64,000 bases of DNA from Paraspadella gotoi (lineage: Eukaryota; Animalia; Chaetognatha): NCBI GenBank assembly GCA_051294375.1, contig CM119270.1, positions 20,293,021 to 20,357,020 on the forward strand, written 5' to 3'. The translations under genes and the position numbers were made by a program. Shown piece after piece: positions 11,729-25,000 of the stretch (position 1 is the stretch's first letter; each line of letters starts with the position of its first letter). A model generated the notes under the pieces. It made no database searches. It was not told the DNA's origin and was given only the letters and a program-made list of their open reading frames with translations.

Positions 11729-12083
11729 ATATCGTCTCTCTTTNNNNNNNNNNNNNNNNNNNNNNNNNNNNNNNNNNNNNNNNNNNNNNNNNNNNNNNNN
11801 NNNNNNNNNNGAATGAGAATAAAAAACCCAAGATTCAGACAAAGAGATTATCCAAGGGTCTACTATTTTCTTTCTCATTCTTTCCACCTCCAAAACAGAA
11901 AGTTTATTTATATTATTTCATTCTTTCCAACTTACATATATGTCTCAATTCTAACTCGACTTACGACGTCTTACTTTTTTCTTCTAATAGGAGCCACACT
12001 TGATCCCCACACTTCAACTCCATACTCCACAAACTCACCGAAAAAAAAGACCAGGATTTTTTTTTCTTCATCGTCTGGAAAGG

Positions 12084-12123
<40 letters not shown>

Positions 12124-12419
12124 CATCTACCCCCAAGTCTGTTTTCCTAAAAAAAAAGGAATTGAATCAAATCGAAACGAAAAGATAAGCTATAGGAGCG
12201 GCGACAGTAGCGACGATAGGAAAAAAGATAAGAACGCCACGTGGAGCAGCGAGATAAGAACGCCACGTGGAAGAGAAATTGACGCCATCTTTCGGAAACG
12301 CGTGTCCGTCCGTCCGTCCGTCCGTCTGTCTGTCCCCAATGAGGCGGCGACGCAATGAGCCACGCGAGTCTGAGTAATTTATTGAGCGTCGGCTAAGCGT
12401 TAAAATGGATGGGCCTGTT

Positions 12420-12670
12420 GCAGTGCCAAGGTAGTGTCAAATTACAGTGCCAAGGCAGAGGTCAAGTGCAGTGCCTAGACAGAAGTCAGGTGCAGTTCCT
12501 AGACTGAGTCCAATTGCAGTGCAAAGGCAGAGCCCAGTTGCAGTGCCAAAGCAGAGGAAAGTTGGGGTGTCAAAGCTAAGGCCAATTGCAGTGCCAAGGC
12601 AGAGGAAAGTTGGGGTGACAAAGCTAAGGCCAATTGCAAAACCAGGGCAGATGCCAATTATATTGCCAAT
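12420..12670. repeat. 24-bp minisatellite (gcagtgccaaggcagaggtcaagt-like) with a 48-bp higher-order pair
   Basis: About 10 indel-free units. The track ORF shows 8-aa periodicity (AVPRQKSG/AVPRLSPI/AVQRQSPV). Confidence 0.85.
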
Positions 12671-12968
12671 GAGATGCGAGACAGATCATTGCCAGTACAA
12701 CATTTTAAACTCTAAAAGTCAGAGTTTAAAATGCCACGCGTCAAAACACTTTTTCCGTTTCTTTGTTTTTATCCTGATCTCCTGATTTCCAATTCTCCTG
12801 ATTTCCTGATCTCCAGTTCTCCTGTTCTTCTGTTCTCCTGATCTCCAGTTCTCCTGTTCTCCCTCTCAACCTTTTAAAAAGCCTTACTAACTGAAAAGGG
12901 CGAACAAAAAACTAGGAGAGAAATTGACTTTTTCCTTTTTTGTTTACAAACAATCTCCAAAAAATCAT

Positions 12969-13022
<54 letters not shown>

Positions 13023-13134
13023 ATCTCCCCCGCGTTACTCGTTCGCCATCGAGGCTCCGTTTACAAATCCAAACCACGGAAAGAGAAGAGATAGAAAGAA
13101 AAAAAAGAGAGAGAGAAGAGGAGAGAGAGAGAGT

Positions 13135-13210
<76 letters not shown>

Positions 13211-15150
13211 AGAGATCAAATTACGAGTTTTTTCGAGCTAGTTTTCATTAATTTACGGAAGAGTAAAAGAAAAAAAAAAGACTTTTAGTTATTTTTAAAC
13301 TGAAGTGACTTTTAAAGTTGAGAACGAAATTATACAAAGAAAAAACATCAAAACAACCTGATCCGTTTCACAAGTTACAACTTTAAAAATAAAATTTGTA
13401 AATTGCCTTTTTCACACATATTTAATTTATTTTGTAAAACCGCTTTCAAAGTTTTCTGTTTTTCCAAGTTTTTTTTTTATTTCAGCCTTCCCCCAATTTT
13501 TTTTCTGTTTTTTCTTCAGCCCCTTATCAACCTCATTACACAAATGAGCATGCGCGCGTCTGGCAATAAAAAAAGTTTGCTCTCGCAGAAGCAGCGACAG
13601 CAGGAGAGTAGAGCGACGCCGCCGCAGCGGCAGCACGAGAGGCGCAGCCACCGGAGCAGCAGCGACGTGACCGCTCTTTTCAAAAATGCAGCAGCGGCGC
13701 AAGGAAATCGAAAAAAAAGAACGGGCAGCACCTGCGTCCGAGATCGCGCTCGCGCTTTGCCCGTGGCTGCAATGCCCGTTGGGGCCTCNNNNNNNNNNNN
13801 NNNNNNNNNNNNNNNNNNNNNNNNNNNNNNNNNNNNNNNNNNNNNNNNNNNNNNNNNNNNNTGTCTCTCCCTCTCTCTCTCATCTCTCTCGTCTCATCTC
13901 CTCCATCTCCCTCTCGTCGTCTCTCTCACTCTTCTTTCTTCCTTTCCTTCTTTTTGCTCCTCTCTCTCTCTGTCTCACTCTCTCCTCGTCTCTCATGCTC
14001 TCTCCTCGTCTCTCTCCTCCCACGCTTCTCCTCCCCCCTCTTTCCGACTCTCTCTCCTCCCCCCCTCCTCTCTCCCGCTCCTCAAAAGTAAGAAAGGAAC
14101 AGTGACGGTTTAATATCGGAACTTACAATCATTTAATTCACTTTACTAATAGAATAATTTCTTGCTGAAGAATAAACTGAATTAAAAAAAAAATATTTAC
14201 AAGCTAAGTAAAAAAATGAAAGATATTTTTAGTAGTGAACTAAAAGTTCTATCATGAACCTAAAGTAATTTATCTAAAGTCAATGACGATGTTTATTTAT
14301 AATTTAATTTTCATATAAATCTTTAATTCAGTTTAAAACTCACGATAGGCTGGTTAGGAATAAGCCGAGAATCCCTCCAAATGTTCATAGTAGATTTCAC
14401 CGATTAGATTTACAACTCTCTTTCTCTCTCTCTCTCTTTTTCTCTCCCTCTCTCTCTCTCTCTCCGTGGCGATTTGACCGTGTCGGAGTAACATCGGGCG
14501 AAACTTTTCCTAAATCGCAACAGATGTAAATGTTTTTTTTCATCCGTTGAAAACAAAACTGTTTCGTTTTTTTTCCTAAAGTTTCCTCTTTCATCATAAC
14601 ACAAAAAAAACATAAAAGTCAGTTAGTTCACCTTTATGTTTTTAAATAGATTTAATATTCTGTAGTTTTTTTTTTCAATTAAATTTAATACTTTTTATTT
14701 CATAAATATTTTTTTTCTTATGAAAAGTTGGATTTCGTGTCGTAGTACAATTCGGTTTAAAGGTCGATTAGTTTTAGGAAAACTCCATTTTCCTCTCTCT
14801 CTCTCTNNNNNNNNNNNNNNNNNNNNNNNNNNNNNNNNNNNNNNNNNNNNNNNNNNNNNNNNNNNNNNNNNNNNNNNNNNNNNNNNNNNNNNNNNNNNNN
14901 NNNNNNNNNNNNNNNNNNNNNNNNNNNNNNNNNNNNNNNNNNNNNNNNNNNNNNNNNNNNNNNNNNNNNNNNNNNNNNNNNNNNNNNNNNNNNNNNNNNN
15001 NNNNNNNNNNNNNNNNGTAGATTTCAGTAAAACAACTTTTAAATCCGGTTAAAATCAAATAAATAAATATAAATGATCTAATATTTAAATAAAAAAAGTT
15101 TTACAAACGGTGAGAGTGGAAGTGAGATAATTTTTTTTTTTTAATCACGA

Positions 15151-15246
15151 TGATCTGTGAAAAAAGAATCTGAAATGATCAAATTATCACAAAGTCTGTG
15201 ATCTGTGAAAAAAACGAATCTGAAATGATCAAATTATCACCAAGTC
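15151..15246. repeat. Direct repeat of ~48 bp, 2 copies
   Basis: tgatctgtgaaaaaa(ac)gaatctgaaatgatcaaattatcac at 15151 and 15199. Confidence 0.9.
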
Positions 15247-16910
15247 GATTTATCAAAAACGAATGACCCAGACGGTTTTCTCAAAAAAAAAAAAAAAAAA
15301 ATAACCTTGATTTTTTTATTTATTTATTAAGTCAACGATGAATTAAACAGAAAATAATTTTAAAAAAATAAAGAAATAAAACGATGAGGAAAAATTAAAT
15401 AGAAAAAAATTAAATATCAGACGAGTTGAGATTTTTTTTCCGAAAAAAAAACTCAGGAAATAATAGGAGTCGACTTCTGTCTGTAAACACTTAATAAAAA
15501 AGAACAACGACGACGACGAACGAAGACGAACAACGACGACGGACGAACAACGACGAACAACGACGACGAACGACGACGACGAACGTCGACGAACAACGAC
15601 GCTCGAGAAATCTTTCTTAAAAACTCCTTTATCTCAAACTTTTTTATTTCAATGACTAAAGTTTTATTTTCTTTGTTAGTTTAAAAATTCCACATTAAAA
15701 GTCAAAATCCATTCTTATTTTCACGTAATAATATGCAATTTAGTTTCTAAATATTAATGATTAAACAATTAAAAAAATTACTCGAGACTTATTCTCTCAA
15801 AATTGAAAACAAAACATTTGTTTTTTTCTTTTCCCGAGATACTCGTTTCCCTGATTCGCCAATTTGACGCCGACCACAAAAACCCCTATTCCCCTTTCTA
15901 CTACTTAATCCACTAAACCACCCACGGACCCTTCAACCCCCACCTACCCTAACCACTCCCCCCCACAATAAGCTCCCCCCCATAAATAAACGGTCCATGG
16001 TGGATTATTCTCCCTCTCGCGCTCCCAGAACCCCGCTGTTTCGTCTTAACCCAAAGCAGGAGGCCGTCTTAGTATGTTTTCTTTCTTTTTATTTCTTTTT
16101 TTAAAAAAACTATGCAAATCCGTGGAATTTCATTTTCAAATTCTACCGGTTTCTGGCTCATTAACTAATTGATTAATTAATCAAACAATCTTTGCCAGAA
16201 AATAAATGCATCGTAAATGGTCGGGTCAGATTTGTTATTACGACTAGTTATCAACCATAAACATAACAACTCAATGCGATCAATATACCGATAAACATTG
16301 TTTAGTTGTACCTCTCATCTTTCATGTAAACAATAACAATGAGAATCAATCTTTAAAAGGTGCAATGCTTAAGGACAAAGTTTAAACTTCCCTCATAATT
16401 ACAAAGAAAATTTTGACATCGATTTTGACAAATATCCCCGATAACTATCAAATATCCCCGATATATATAACCCGATATATATATAACTGACAAATATCCC
16501 CGATAATTTTCACTCTATTTTCTCTAAGGATTTTCTCTTCATTGTTCGACAAGTTTCATATCACGCAAAAAACAACCCCGATATTCCCATATCAACACAC
16601 CTGCTTTACCCATAGTAACACACCTGCTATGCGAACCACCCGAATTAATTCGATCACTGAGCGAAAACTCCAAACCAATTTCTCTCGTACTAACCTTCCA
16701 AGTTTCTGCCACCCGAAACCCTTTCCCTTGCTTTACGAGTTCATCGTAACATCCATGGTAATTCTCATCTATCCGATGCCTATCCCCCATCTATCCCCCA
16801 CCTATCCCTCATCTATTCACTATTTATTCAACACCTATCCCCCATCAATCCCCATTCAAAACCCACCCTCACAACATCCGCTATTGGGATCGAGGGCAGG
16901 ATTCTCTCCC

Positions 16911-16976
<66 letters not shown>
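16911..16976. repeat. (CAT)n microsatellite
   Basis: Directly visible. It explains the poly-His in the track ORF. Confidence 0.95.
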
Positions 16977-16979
<3 letters not shown>

Positions 16980-17067
16980 TCATCTTATCATCAAAAGTCA
17001 GGATGCATCAAAAGCCGAGATTCTTATCCCTACGAAAATTTAAAACGACGAGCGAGATAGAGAGAGC

Positions 17068-17144
<77 letters not shown>

Positions 17145-18631
17145 GAGAGAGACCAGAGGTCCATGACTGCAAGGCGGTTGCGAAGAAGCCGGGAGACTCG
17201 AGGTATTCGAATCATCTCTCTCTCTCTCTATCTCTCTCTCCTCCCCCTCTCTTTTACTCTCTCTGTCGCTCTGTCTTTATCACTCTCTCTCTCTCTCTTT
17301 CTTCTCATCCAGCTATCAAGATTCTTATCACTCGGGACTTATAAACGACTTCCACTCATCCAAAACTTTTCCTCGAGAAAAATTTTTTTTTCTGTTCCGA
17401 TGCTTCCTTTCGAAGATTCTTTGTTTTCTTCTTTGAAGAATCACGCGTGACCTCTCACGTGATCATCTTCCAGTCACGTGATCATCAATCCAGTGACGTG
17501 AACGTCTTCACAATCTCTCCAAATTCTCTCGCTCGACTCACGTCTTTCGGTTTTCACAAATGGTGAATCACAATAAAGTAGAACAATAAACGATCTTCCG
17601 TTTTTCTGTTTCCGGTGAAACGTGATTTGTGAGAAGAGAAGAGTGAATATGTGAAAGGTTGTGAGTTTTTTGGTTTTCTATAAAAAAAAGGATTTGAGAC
17701 GAAATTCACTTCAGTTTTCCTTTCCAGAAAATCAAGAGCCTCTTTAAATTTCGAATAACTCAAATATTTTCCGCGTTTTAATGGTTTTTCGCTTTTTCCC
17801 CACATTTAGCTTCCACGATAGCGTATTTATTATTTTATTAATCAATAGAATTCGCTTTATTCGACTCATTTACCGTGAAATCGGTTTTCCCCACGACAAG
17901 GATGGAGGGTCATTCCAGAGTCGTTATAACCGATGATGAATCGTAAACTTAAATTGTGAATTATGACGAGAGGGAATTTTAAATGACAACAGTTTGTATA
18001 CATCGAAGTGTATCGTTTAAAAAAAATTAATAATAGCTTCGATTTATTATCCTTAAAACTCGACATAATTTATTTTGGTTTTTTTCACTCAATCAAGAAC
18101 GAAATGAAATAACCATTTCACACAGTCTCACCTGAAAAATCTCACAAGTGAGAGAAACTCACTCATTCACGACAATTTCCTTCGAGGGCGACGAAAATTT
18201 TTTCTTTTGTGGAAAAGAAAGAAAAGTTTTCTTGCGGTTTAAAGGCGACAAAATTTAAGGAGGAGTGACTCCTGTGAACAGAGATTTTTCGAAGTGAATT
18301 CGTTATCTTTTTGTGAATATTAATGGTTAATGACTTAGGACTAAAACTCACTGGGCAAAGAAGGAGAACATGGTTTGTCAAAATCATCACTGAACCAAAA
18401 GAGTCATTCAGAACTTCACCGTTGATGCCGGTGAATGTCGCTCGTGAACCTCGATTGTGAAACTCACATTTCGTGAAAGTCTTGAGGTTGAAAAGGAGTC
18501 TTCGTCTTTCAATTTGACTTTCACGATTTTTCTCCTTGAAATTCGATCGAATGAAATTCGTCATTCGTTTGATGAGAAGTTGATTGAGGATGCGAGGCCT
18601 CGCATCCTCGTCGTAGTGCTAACTAGGGGGA

Positions 18632-18656
18632 NNNNNNNNNNNNNNNNNNNNNNNNN
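18632..18656. other. 25-N assembly gap (second one at 43040-43064)
   Basis: Both gaps are exactly 25 N, unlike the other variable-length gaps, and each is followed by noisy duplicated sequence. Confidence 0.9.
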
Positions 18657-19329
18657 CTATCTGTTTCACAGGTCCTTGTTCACCTCAACTCTATATATTA
18701 AACAATGACTCAATAAAACTTATCTAGTCCGTGAGACAATTGAAAAAAAAAACTCAAATCTAGTGAAACTGCTAGCGCCACCTTCAGGAGATTCCTAAAA
18801 CCTACTCACAGAGAGAAAGAAGAATATAATGATATTTTAATTTTTATTTGCAGTTAATTGTCTCTGTCTATTCAAACACAAGGAAAATACAGTTTTTTTG
18901 ACATGTTCTATGAGAGCAATGTCATGTCAGTACATGATGACAAAGCTAAATAATACACTTTGAAGAGATAAAGTCAGCTATCGGAAAAGCGCAAACAACA
19001 TTTGGAATTACCGTTCTTGTTTTTAAAGTCATTCTACTCGTGAATGGTCGGAAAAAAGGTTGTGATTCGGGAAGTGATTAGGAAATTGGTGATAGGAGAC
19101 GGAAGAGGGGAGTTGAGAGTGAAAGGTCATCACATCACTGATAACATAAAAATCAAAACTCGGATATCGAAACGTGAGGCAGAAGAATCGTTCGTGAGAT
19201 CTTTCTCTACGGCGATCGTCGTAAAGGCGATGGCCCCACGCGGAGAAACTCCTAGCGAGGGGAGATGGAACGTAAGACGAACCAAAGACGAATGGCACAT
19301 TTCTCATTCTCTCGTCATCCTCTCTCTCT

Positions 19330-19362
<33 letters not shown>

Positions 19363-20359
19363 GCCATTTGGGTTCATCCTTCTCTCTTTCTTCCCTTTTC
19401 ATTAGGCACTTTTATTTTCCTTTTTGGAAGTGCGTACTATGCTTGTGCTTTTTCTTTCTTTTTCTTCTTTTTATACTCCTGTATGCGCCCTTATTTGCTT
19501 TCTTCTGATTCTCCCAATTTTCGTTTCACACGGTCCCTTTAGTAATTTCTTTCTCTCGCCTCTCCTTTCTTCTTTCTTTGTTTCGTGTTATACTTTCTTT
19601 CTTCTTTCTTCTTTCTTTCTTTCTTTCTTTCTTTCTATATGTCGTTCTTTCTCTTTTCTTCTTTTATTTTCCAGCAACTTTCAACTTCATTTATCTTGAG
19701 TGGTCCGAAAGTTGCCAAAAAAACCGTCATTTTCTTTCAGAACAGAAATCTCGATAGAGGGGAAAGAAAATTGTTTGCATTTTTTGGTATTCGGGAGGGA
19801 ATGAGAGAGTATTTTTGTCAGGTATCTACTCGAGCGCAAAAATATAAAAAGTAAACAATAGAGCAGGACGATAAAAAATTGTGGCGGATCGTAACTTGTG
19901 CGGATGATCCTTTTGAATTAGGATGTAAGTTCTTTATGCATCGAGAATTTATAAGACATATTGTAGCTGCTTACGAGAATTGTTTATTGAGTATTATGAA
20001 TAGTAGCTTTTTATTAACAAGTTTTCTTTTACTACTTCTCTATATGGTGTTTCTCGCTCTTATTGTATTATCTACACTATACAACAAAAATTACTTTTCA
20101 TAATTCACGTGCATAATTCTGCTATATCTCTCACCTTATCTAATTATCCTCTATCTGAGAACGTAATCAATACGTTTTCTAATTAGTCTTATTTCCCGGT
20201 GGGTGCTCTCATTTGTGTCATTTTGATCATACTCTCTTTGCCCGCCTCACTTCCTTTTTCAGTACGTTCCTGTTTCACCTTTTCTCATAATTACGGTGTA
20301 TCTATAATATATCTCTTAAAACCACATCGCGGCGCTCCTCTATTCGCTCTTCTCTGAAT

Positions 20360-20860
20360 GCTCTCCCTCTCTATTCTCCTAATCTCTCCCTCTCTATTAC
20401 TGACTAATTCTCGCCCCTCTCTCGATGATATTCCTAAAGTGTTCACATATCGCCTATACGTGGTTCTTTTCAATGGTCATCGCATCTCTGATATACTTTT
20501 AATCTCCTGCCTCTATCTTTCGGATATATACTACCGTGTCTCTCCCTCTCTATTCTCCTAATCTTCTCCATCTCTATTCTCCTAATCTCTCCTTCTATTT
20601 CTCCTAATCTCCTCCTTCTTCTATAATTCCTAAATACCTCTCCTCTCTATTCTTTTAATCTCTCCCTGCTTCTTATTCTTTAATCCTCTCCCTCTCTATT
20701 CTCCTAATACTCTCCTTCTCTATTCTCCTAATTTCTCCATCTTCTAATTTCTGGGCTAATCTCTCCTCTTCTATTCTCCTAATCTTCCCCCTCTCTATAT
20801 TTTCCTTAAACTCTTCTTCTTGCTATTCTATTTAATCTCTCCCTCTCTAGTTTCTTTTCG
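20360..20860. repeat. Degenerate 23-bp minisatellite (aatctctccctctctattctcct); related array at ~22100-22560
   Basis: Many imperfect units are visible. Confidence 0.75.
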
Positions 20861-20892
20861 AATTCGCTCTACCCTCTCATTTGCAGCTATAA

Positions 20893-22020
20893 GCGTGTCC
20901 GTCCGTCCTTCCGTCTGTCTGTCCCAATGAGGCGGGTCCAGGGAGCGACTTTGCAAAATGAGCCAGCGCGGGAGTCTGTAGTAATTCTATAATTGAAGCG
21001 GTCGGGCTAAGCACGTGTATAAAGATTGGGATAGGGACCTGTGTTTGCAAGTGCCAATGGAGTAGTGTCCCAAATACAGTTGCCAAGGCAAAGTGTCAAA
21101 GTGCAGTGCTAGACAGTTTAGGAAGTCAGGTGATGACAAAGTTCCGTAAGACTGTGTAATCCAATTGCAGTTTGCAAAAGGCAGAGCCCACAGTTGCCAT
21201 AGGTTTGCCAAAGCAGGAAAAGGGTAAAGTTGGGGTGTCAAAGCTAAGGCCAATTGCTCTGAGTGCCAAGGCAGAGGAAAAGGTATATGCAAGGATGAAC
21301 AAAGCTAAGGCCAATTTTGCAAAAAACCAGGGACAGATGCCAATTATTATTTGCCAATGAGAATGACGAGACGCAGATTACATTGCAAGTACAACATTTT
21401 TTTTAAACTTTCAAAAATGTTCAGAGTTTAAAAATTGCACGCTCGTTTTTCAAAACCTTTTTCCTTTCTTGTGTTTTATTCTACTGATTCTCCTGATTTC
21501 CAATTCTACCTGATTCCTTGATCTCATTTTCCTGTTTCTTCTGCTTCTTCCTGATACCTTTCCTGATAATTCTCCTCAAGTTCTCCAGTTTCCTGTTCTC
21601 CCTCTCAACCTTTTAAAAAGCTTAACTAACTTGAAAAAGATAATAAGGTGGCGGAACAAATTTCTACTATGAGGGAAATTGACCTTTTCTCCTTTTGTTT
21701 ACCAAACAATCTCCGAAAAATCATGTTACTCTCTCTCATCTCTCTCTCTCATCTCTCTCTCTCTCTCTCTCCTTCTCTCGTCTCTCTCTCTCTCTTCTCT
21801 CTCTCTCCTCTCATCATCTCCCGCGTACTCGTTCGCACTCGAGGGCTGCTGTTTACAAATCCAAACCACGGAAAGAGAAGAGATAGAAAAAGTAAAAAAA
21901 ATGACGAGAGAGATGATGAACGTGACGTCATGATGAGAGAGAGAGGAGAGACGGAGAATGAGGAGAAGAGATAGGATCAAATTACTGAGTTTTTTCGAGT
22001 AGTTTTTTCATTAATTTACG
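20893..22020 (+). repeat. Noisy direct copy of 12300-13260
   Basis: Shared anchors include cgtgtccgtccgtcc, gtcccaatgaggcgg, aaagttggggtgtcaaagctaaggccaattgc, tttacaaatccaaaccacggaaagagaagagatagaaa and cattaatttacg. The copy carries many extra bases. Confidence 0.9.
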
Positions 22021-25000
22021 TAGAGTAAATAATATTTATACCATAAAATTCTCTACCATCTCAAGTATTCCTTCCTTTAATAAAGTCTATTTCCATTCTA
22101 CAATATCTCTTGTAAATCTCTACCCTCTGCTTAGATTCTCCTCTTATCTTTCACACCCTCTCTATATTCCAGTAAATACTCTTCCTCTCTATTCTTTTTA
22201 ATCTCTGCCCTCTCTATTCTTTATAATCTCTCCTCTTCTATTCTCCTAATTTCTCCCTCTCTATTCTGTAAATGCTCAACGAATACCTTTCTTCTATTAC
22301 TCCAATAGAATACTCTCCTATCATTCATTCTAAACTAACTTTCATACCCTCCTCTTAGTACCGTTTCATACTACACTGATATCTCTCCATCTACCTATTT
22401 TTTTAACTCTCTCTTACACTACTCTAAATTCTTTTAAATCTTCAATTTGCCTCTTTTATACTACCTATATAGTGCTCTCCCTTCTCTTATCTTTTAACTC
22501 TCCTCACCCTCTCTTAATTCTTACCATATTAATACTCTCTCCTTTCGTTTTCTACCTAAAACTCCTCGCTCTCTTTCCACCACCTACTAGGTATCTCGTG
22601 CTCCTCGTTTTTGCCCAAGAATAAGGACTTCGATTTCGTTCGCTTGTTGATTTTTGTACGCGATTTCTTCGTACTCATCTCATAGTGTATCGAGACAACG
22701 AGGTGAAGTGAGACAAACGACGCTCGAGTGTACTGACAACGAGTGAAGAGAGTGGGGCTTGACAGCCAGCGTAAGACAGATCTGTGAAGCGTTCTCGGTT
22801 TTCTCGGAGTTGTAGTTTTAAATGTGCATGTTATGTCTCATCTTGGCACGCACCATTAACGCGATCGGCGGTGACGTCAATACGGAATCGCTCATATACG
22901 ACAAGAGAAGAGAGGAGAGAGAGAAGGAGAGAGGAGGAAGGGAAAAAACCATGACAGCGGTCAACAACCGACCAACGGAAGCAAAACACCTCTCGAGTTC
23001 TTTATCCTCTCACTTGAGCTCACCTCTACTCTCCGCCCTGCTGTCTGCTTAAACGATTCTCCCTTAAGTAACCTCCTTGGGCTTACACCTTACATATACA
23101 GCGGGTCTCATTAAACTGTGGCGCTCTGTAACTCGCAAGCGCGAAGTAGTGTCGTTATTTCACTCTACACTCTAGTGTTTGATTTATCGATTGTAATTAG
23201 ACGGGAGGTGTGCCATAACCAATTGCTCCACAACGTTACTTCGATATAAGTCTATATTTTACATGATATAGTATCAATGGCAACCACAAATCGCGTTCGC
23301 TCGTCCTCACTGGCAAACGAAACTGGCCTTCGTTTTTCTCTGCTATATAAAGATAAAATAAAAGCATAGGCGCAGCCATCCCATGTGGGATGAACGCCTC
23401 TATCTTCCGCCTTCTTTCCTTTCTAAGAATTTGCCTTTCCTATCGCTCTCTTTTTTTCCTCGACGCTTTTGTGAAGCTCTATTAACGCGGCTACGAAGTG
23501 AAAATAGATCGTCTCTTTTTCTTCAGCCAATCAAGAAGTTAAAACGTTACTATTTCTAATCTTGCAAGGATGCGGTCTGACATTACGCAGCCCAAGTTTT
23601 TTTATGTTATTCAGAAGAAATAGTAATTTGTCCACATTAAAGTTTTAAAATTTATATTACTTTTACATATAATCAATAATTTTACATCGATTATATAATA
23701 CATTTATTTAGACGTTGAAAATAGATTTCATTTTTCCGGAAAAAACTTTAAGGATCCATGGAACTATAAACTTCGCCGGCGTCCTCGAATGACGATCTCC
23801 TTATTGTCGTGATCGAGTATATCTCTATGATATTCTACTGTACTTTGTGTTTCCTCGGTGACTTAGTCTATGATATCTCTATGTGATATCTCTATTCGCC
23901 AAAGACATTTTCTCCTCTTTCCTTTTTCGGATTCGCGACGACTCTAGCTATCTCTCTATTCGTAGTGTCGCTTGTTAGACGAATATGCCATTTCCGTACG
24001 GCATTTTGTGGGAACAGCGATTTTGCGCGCACTCCCCACTCACTATAATTTCTCTGTTGGTGCATCTCATCAATAACGTAACGCCACTTAGTATATGTAA
24101 TATGCACGCTCTCAGTAATGTGGCTCAGATTCAGTACGCGCAGTTAGGTAACCGGTACTGCTACACTCCGTAGAATTACGCAATTCAGCTTAGAGCCATT
24201 TGGAAGAGCTGTGGGAAGAGCCATTGGATAGAGCTTGGAAGCTCTTTCCACACGCTACATCACATTAAACTAAGCCATTCTATTCTACATTCTAATTCCT
24301 ACTATTCTTAATTACATTTTCTCAGTTAACTTCAATCAATTACCTCTTATTGGTCCCAGCGCGCAATCTCTTCAAAAATAAAAAGTTGCCCTTTCTTTTC
24401 TTACTATCAATCAGTGACCTTACAATATTGTTAACCAATGGCACAGAGAGATTCCTCTTCTTTTCTAAATATTCTGAGAATTCAACTCCTCTCATTCCTT
24501 TAACTATTCATTTTGCGTTAGAACTTTTCCACCATCACTCGAGAGTTCAACGCATACACTTATCACACACATCTATTAAAGTTGAGACAAAACTCACATG
24601 AACGTTTGATTCAGATATTCTACGACAGATTACATTGTGTCTTCTTTGATATCTAAATTTCATTTCTTAACATATATCCTTATTTCCTAATAATGACACT
24701 TTCCTCCTCTTTTCTGTTTATTTTTCCATAAAAAAACTGCTCTCGCTCACGAAAGTGACGACACCACACCTTACCGCCGTCTCACGGTCGCCCATTCTCG
24801 CGGCAAACAGCAACATGAGGACAGACGGCGCGGTCTTCGCAACGCGTGTTCTCTGCACCTCGCTCCTTTCCTCTCGCCGTCCGTCTTTCCGTCGTTCTCT
24901 TCGCCTCGCCTCCGCACGTCGCCTCTGCTCCCGCCGCCTCTTCGCCTCCTGCCTTCGTTCTACTCCTTGAGTTCTCTCTCGATTCTTCTTCACATTATGC

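Noticed and set aside
18127-18142. Minus-strand tttttcag|gtgaga ratchet-like site
   Set aside because: Antisense to the only gene with a short pyrimidine tract. It shows that such motifs can arise by chance.
18163-18564. 133-aa minus-strand ORF as a possible transposon remnant
   Set aside because: No RT, integrase or transposase motifs were recognised.
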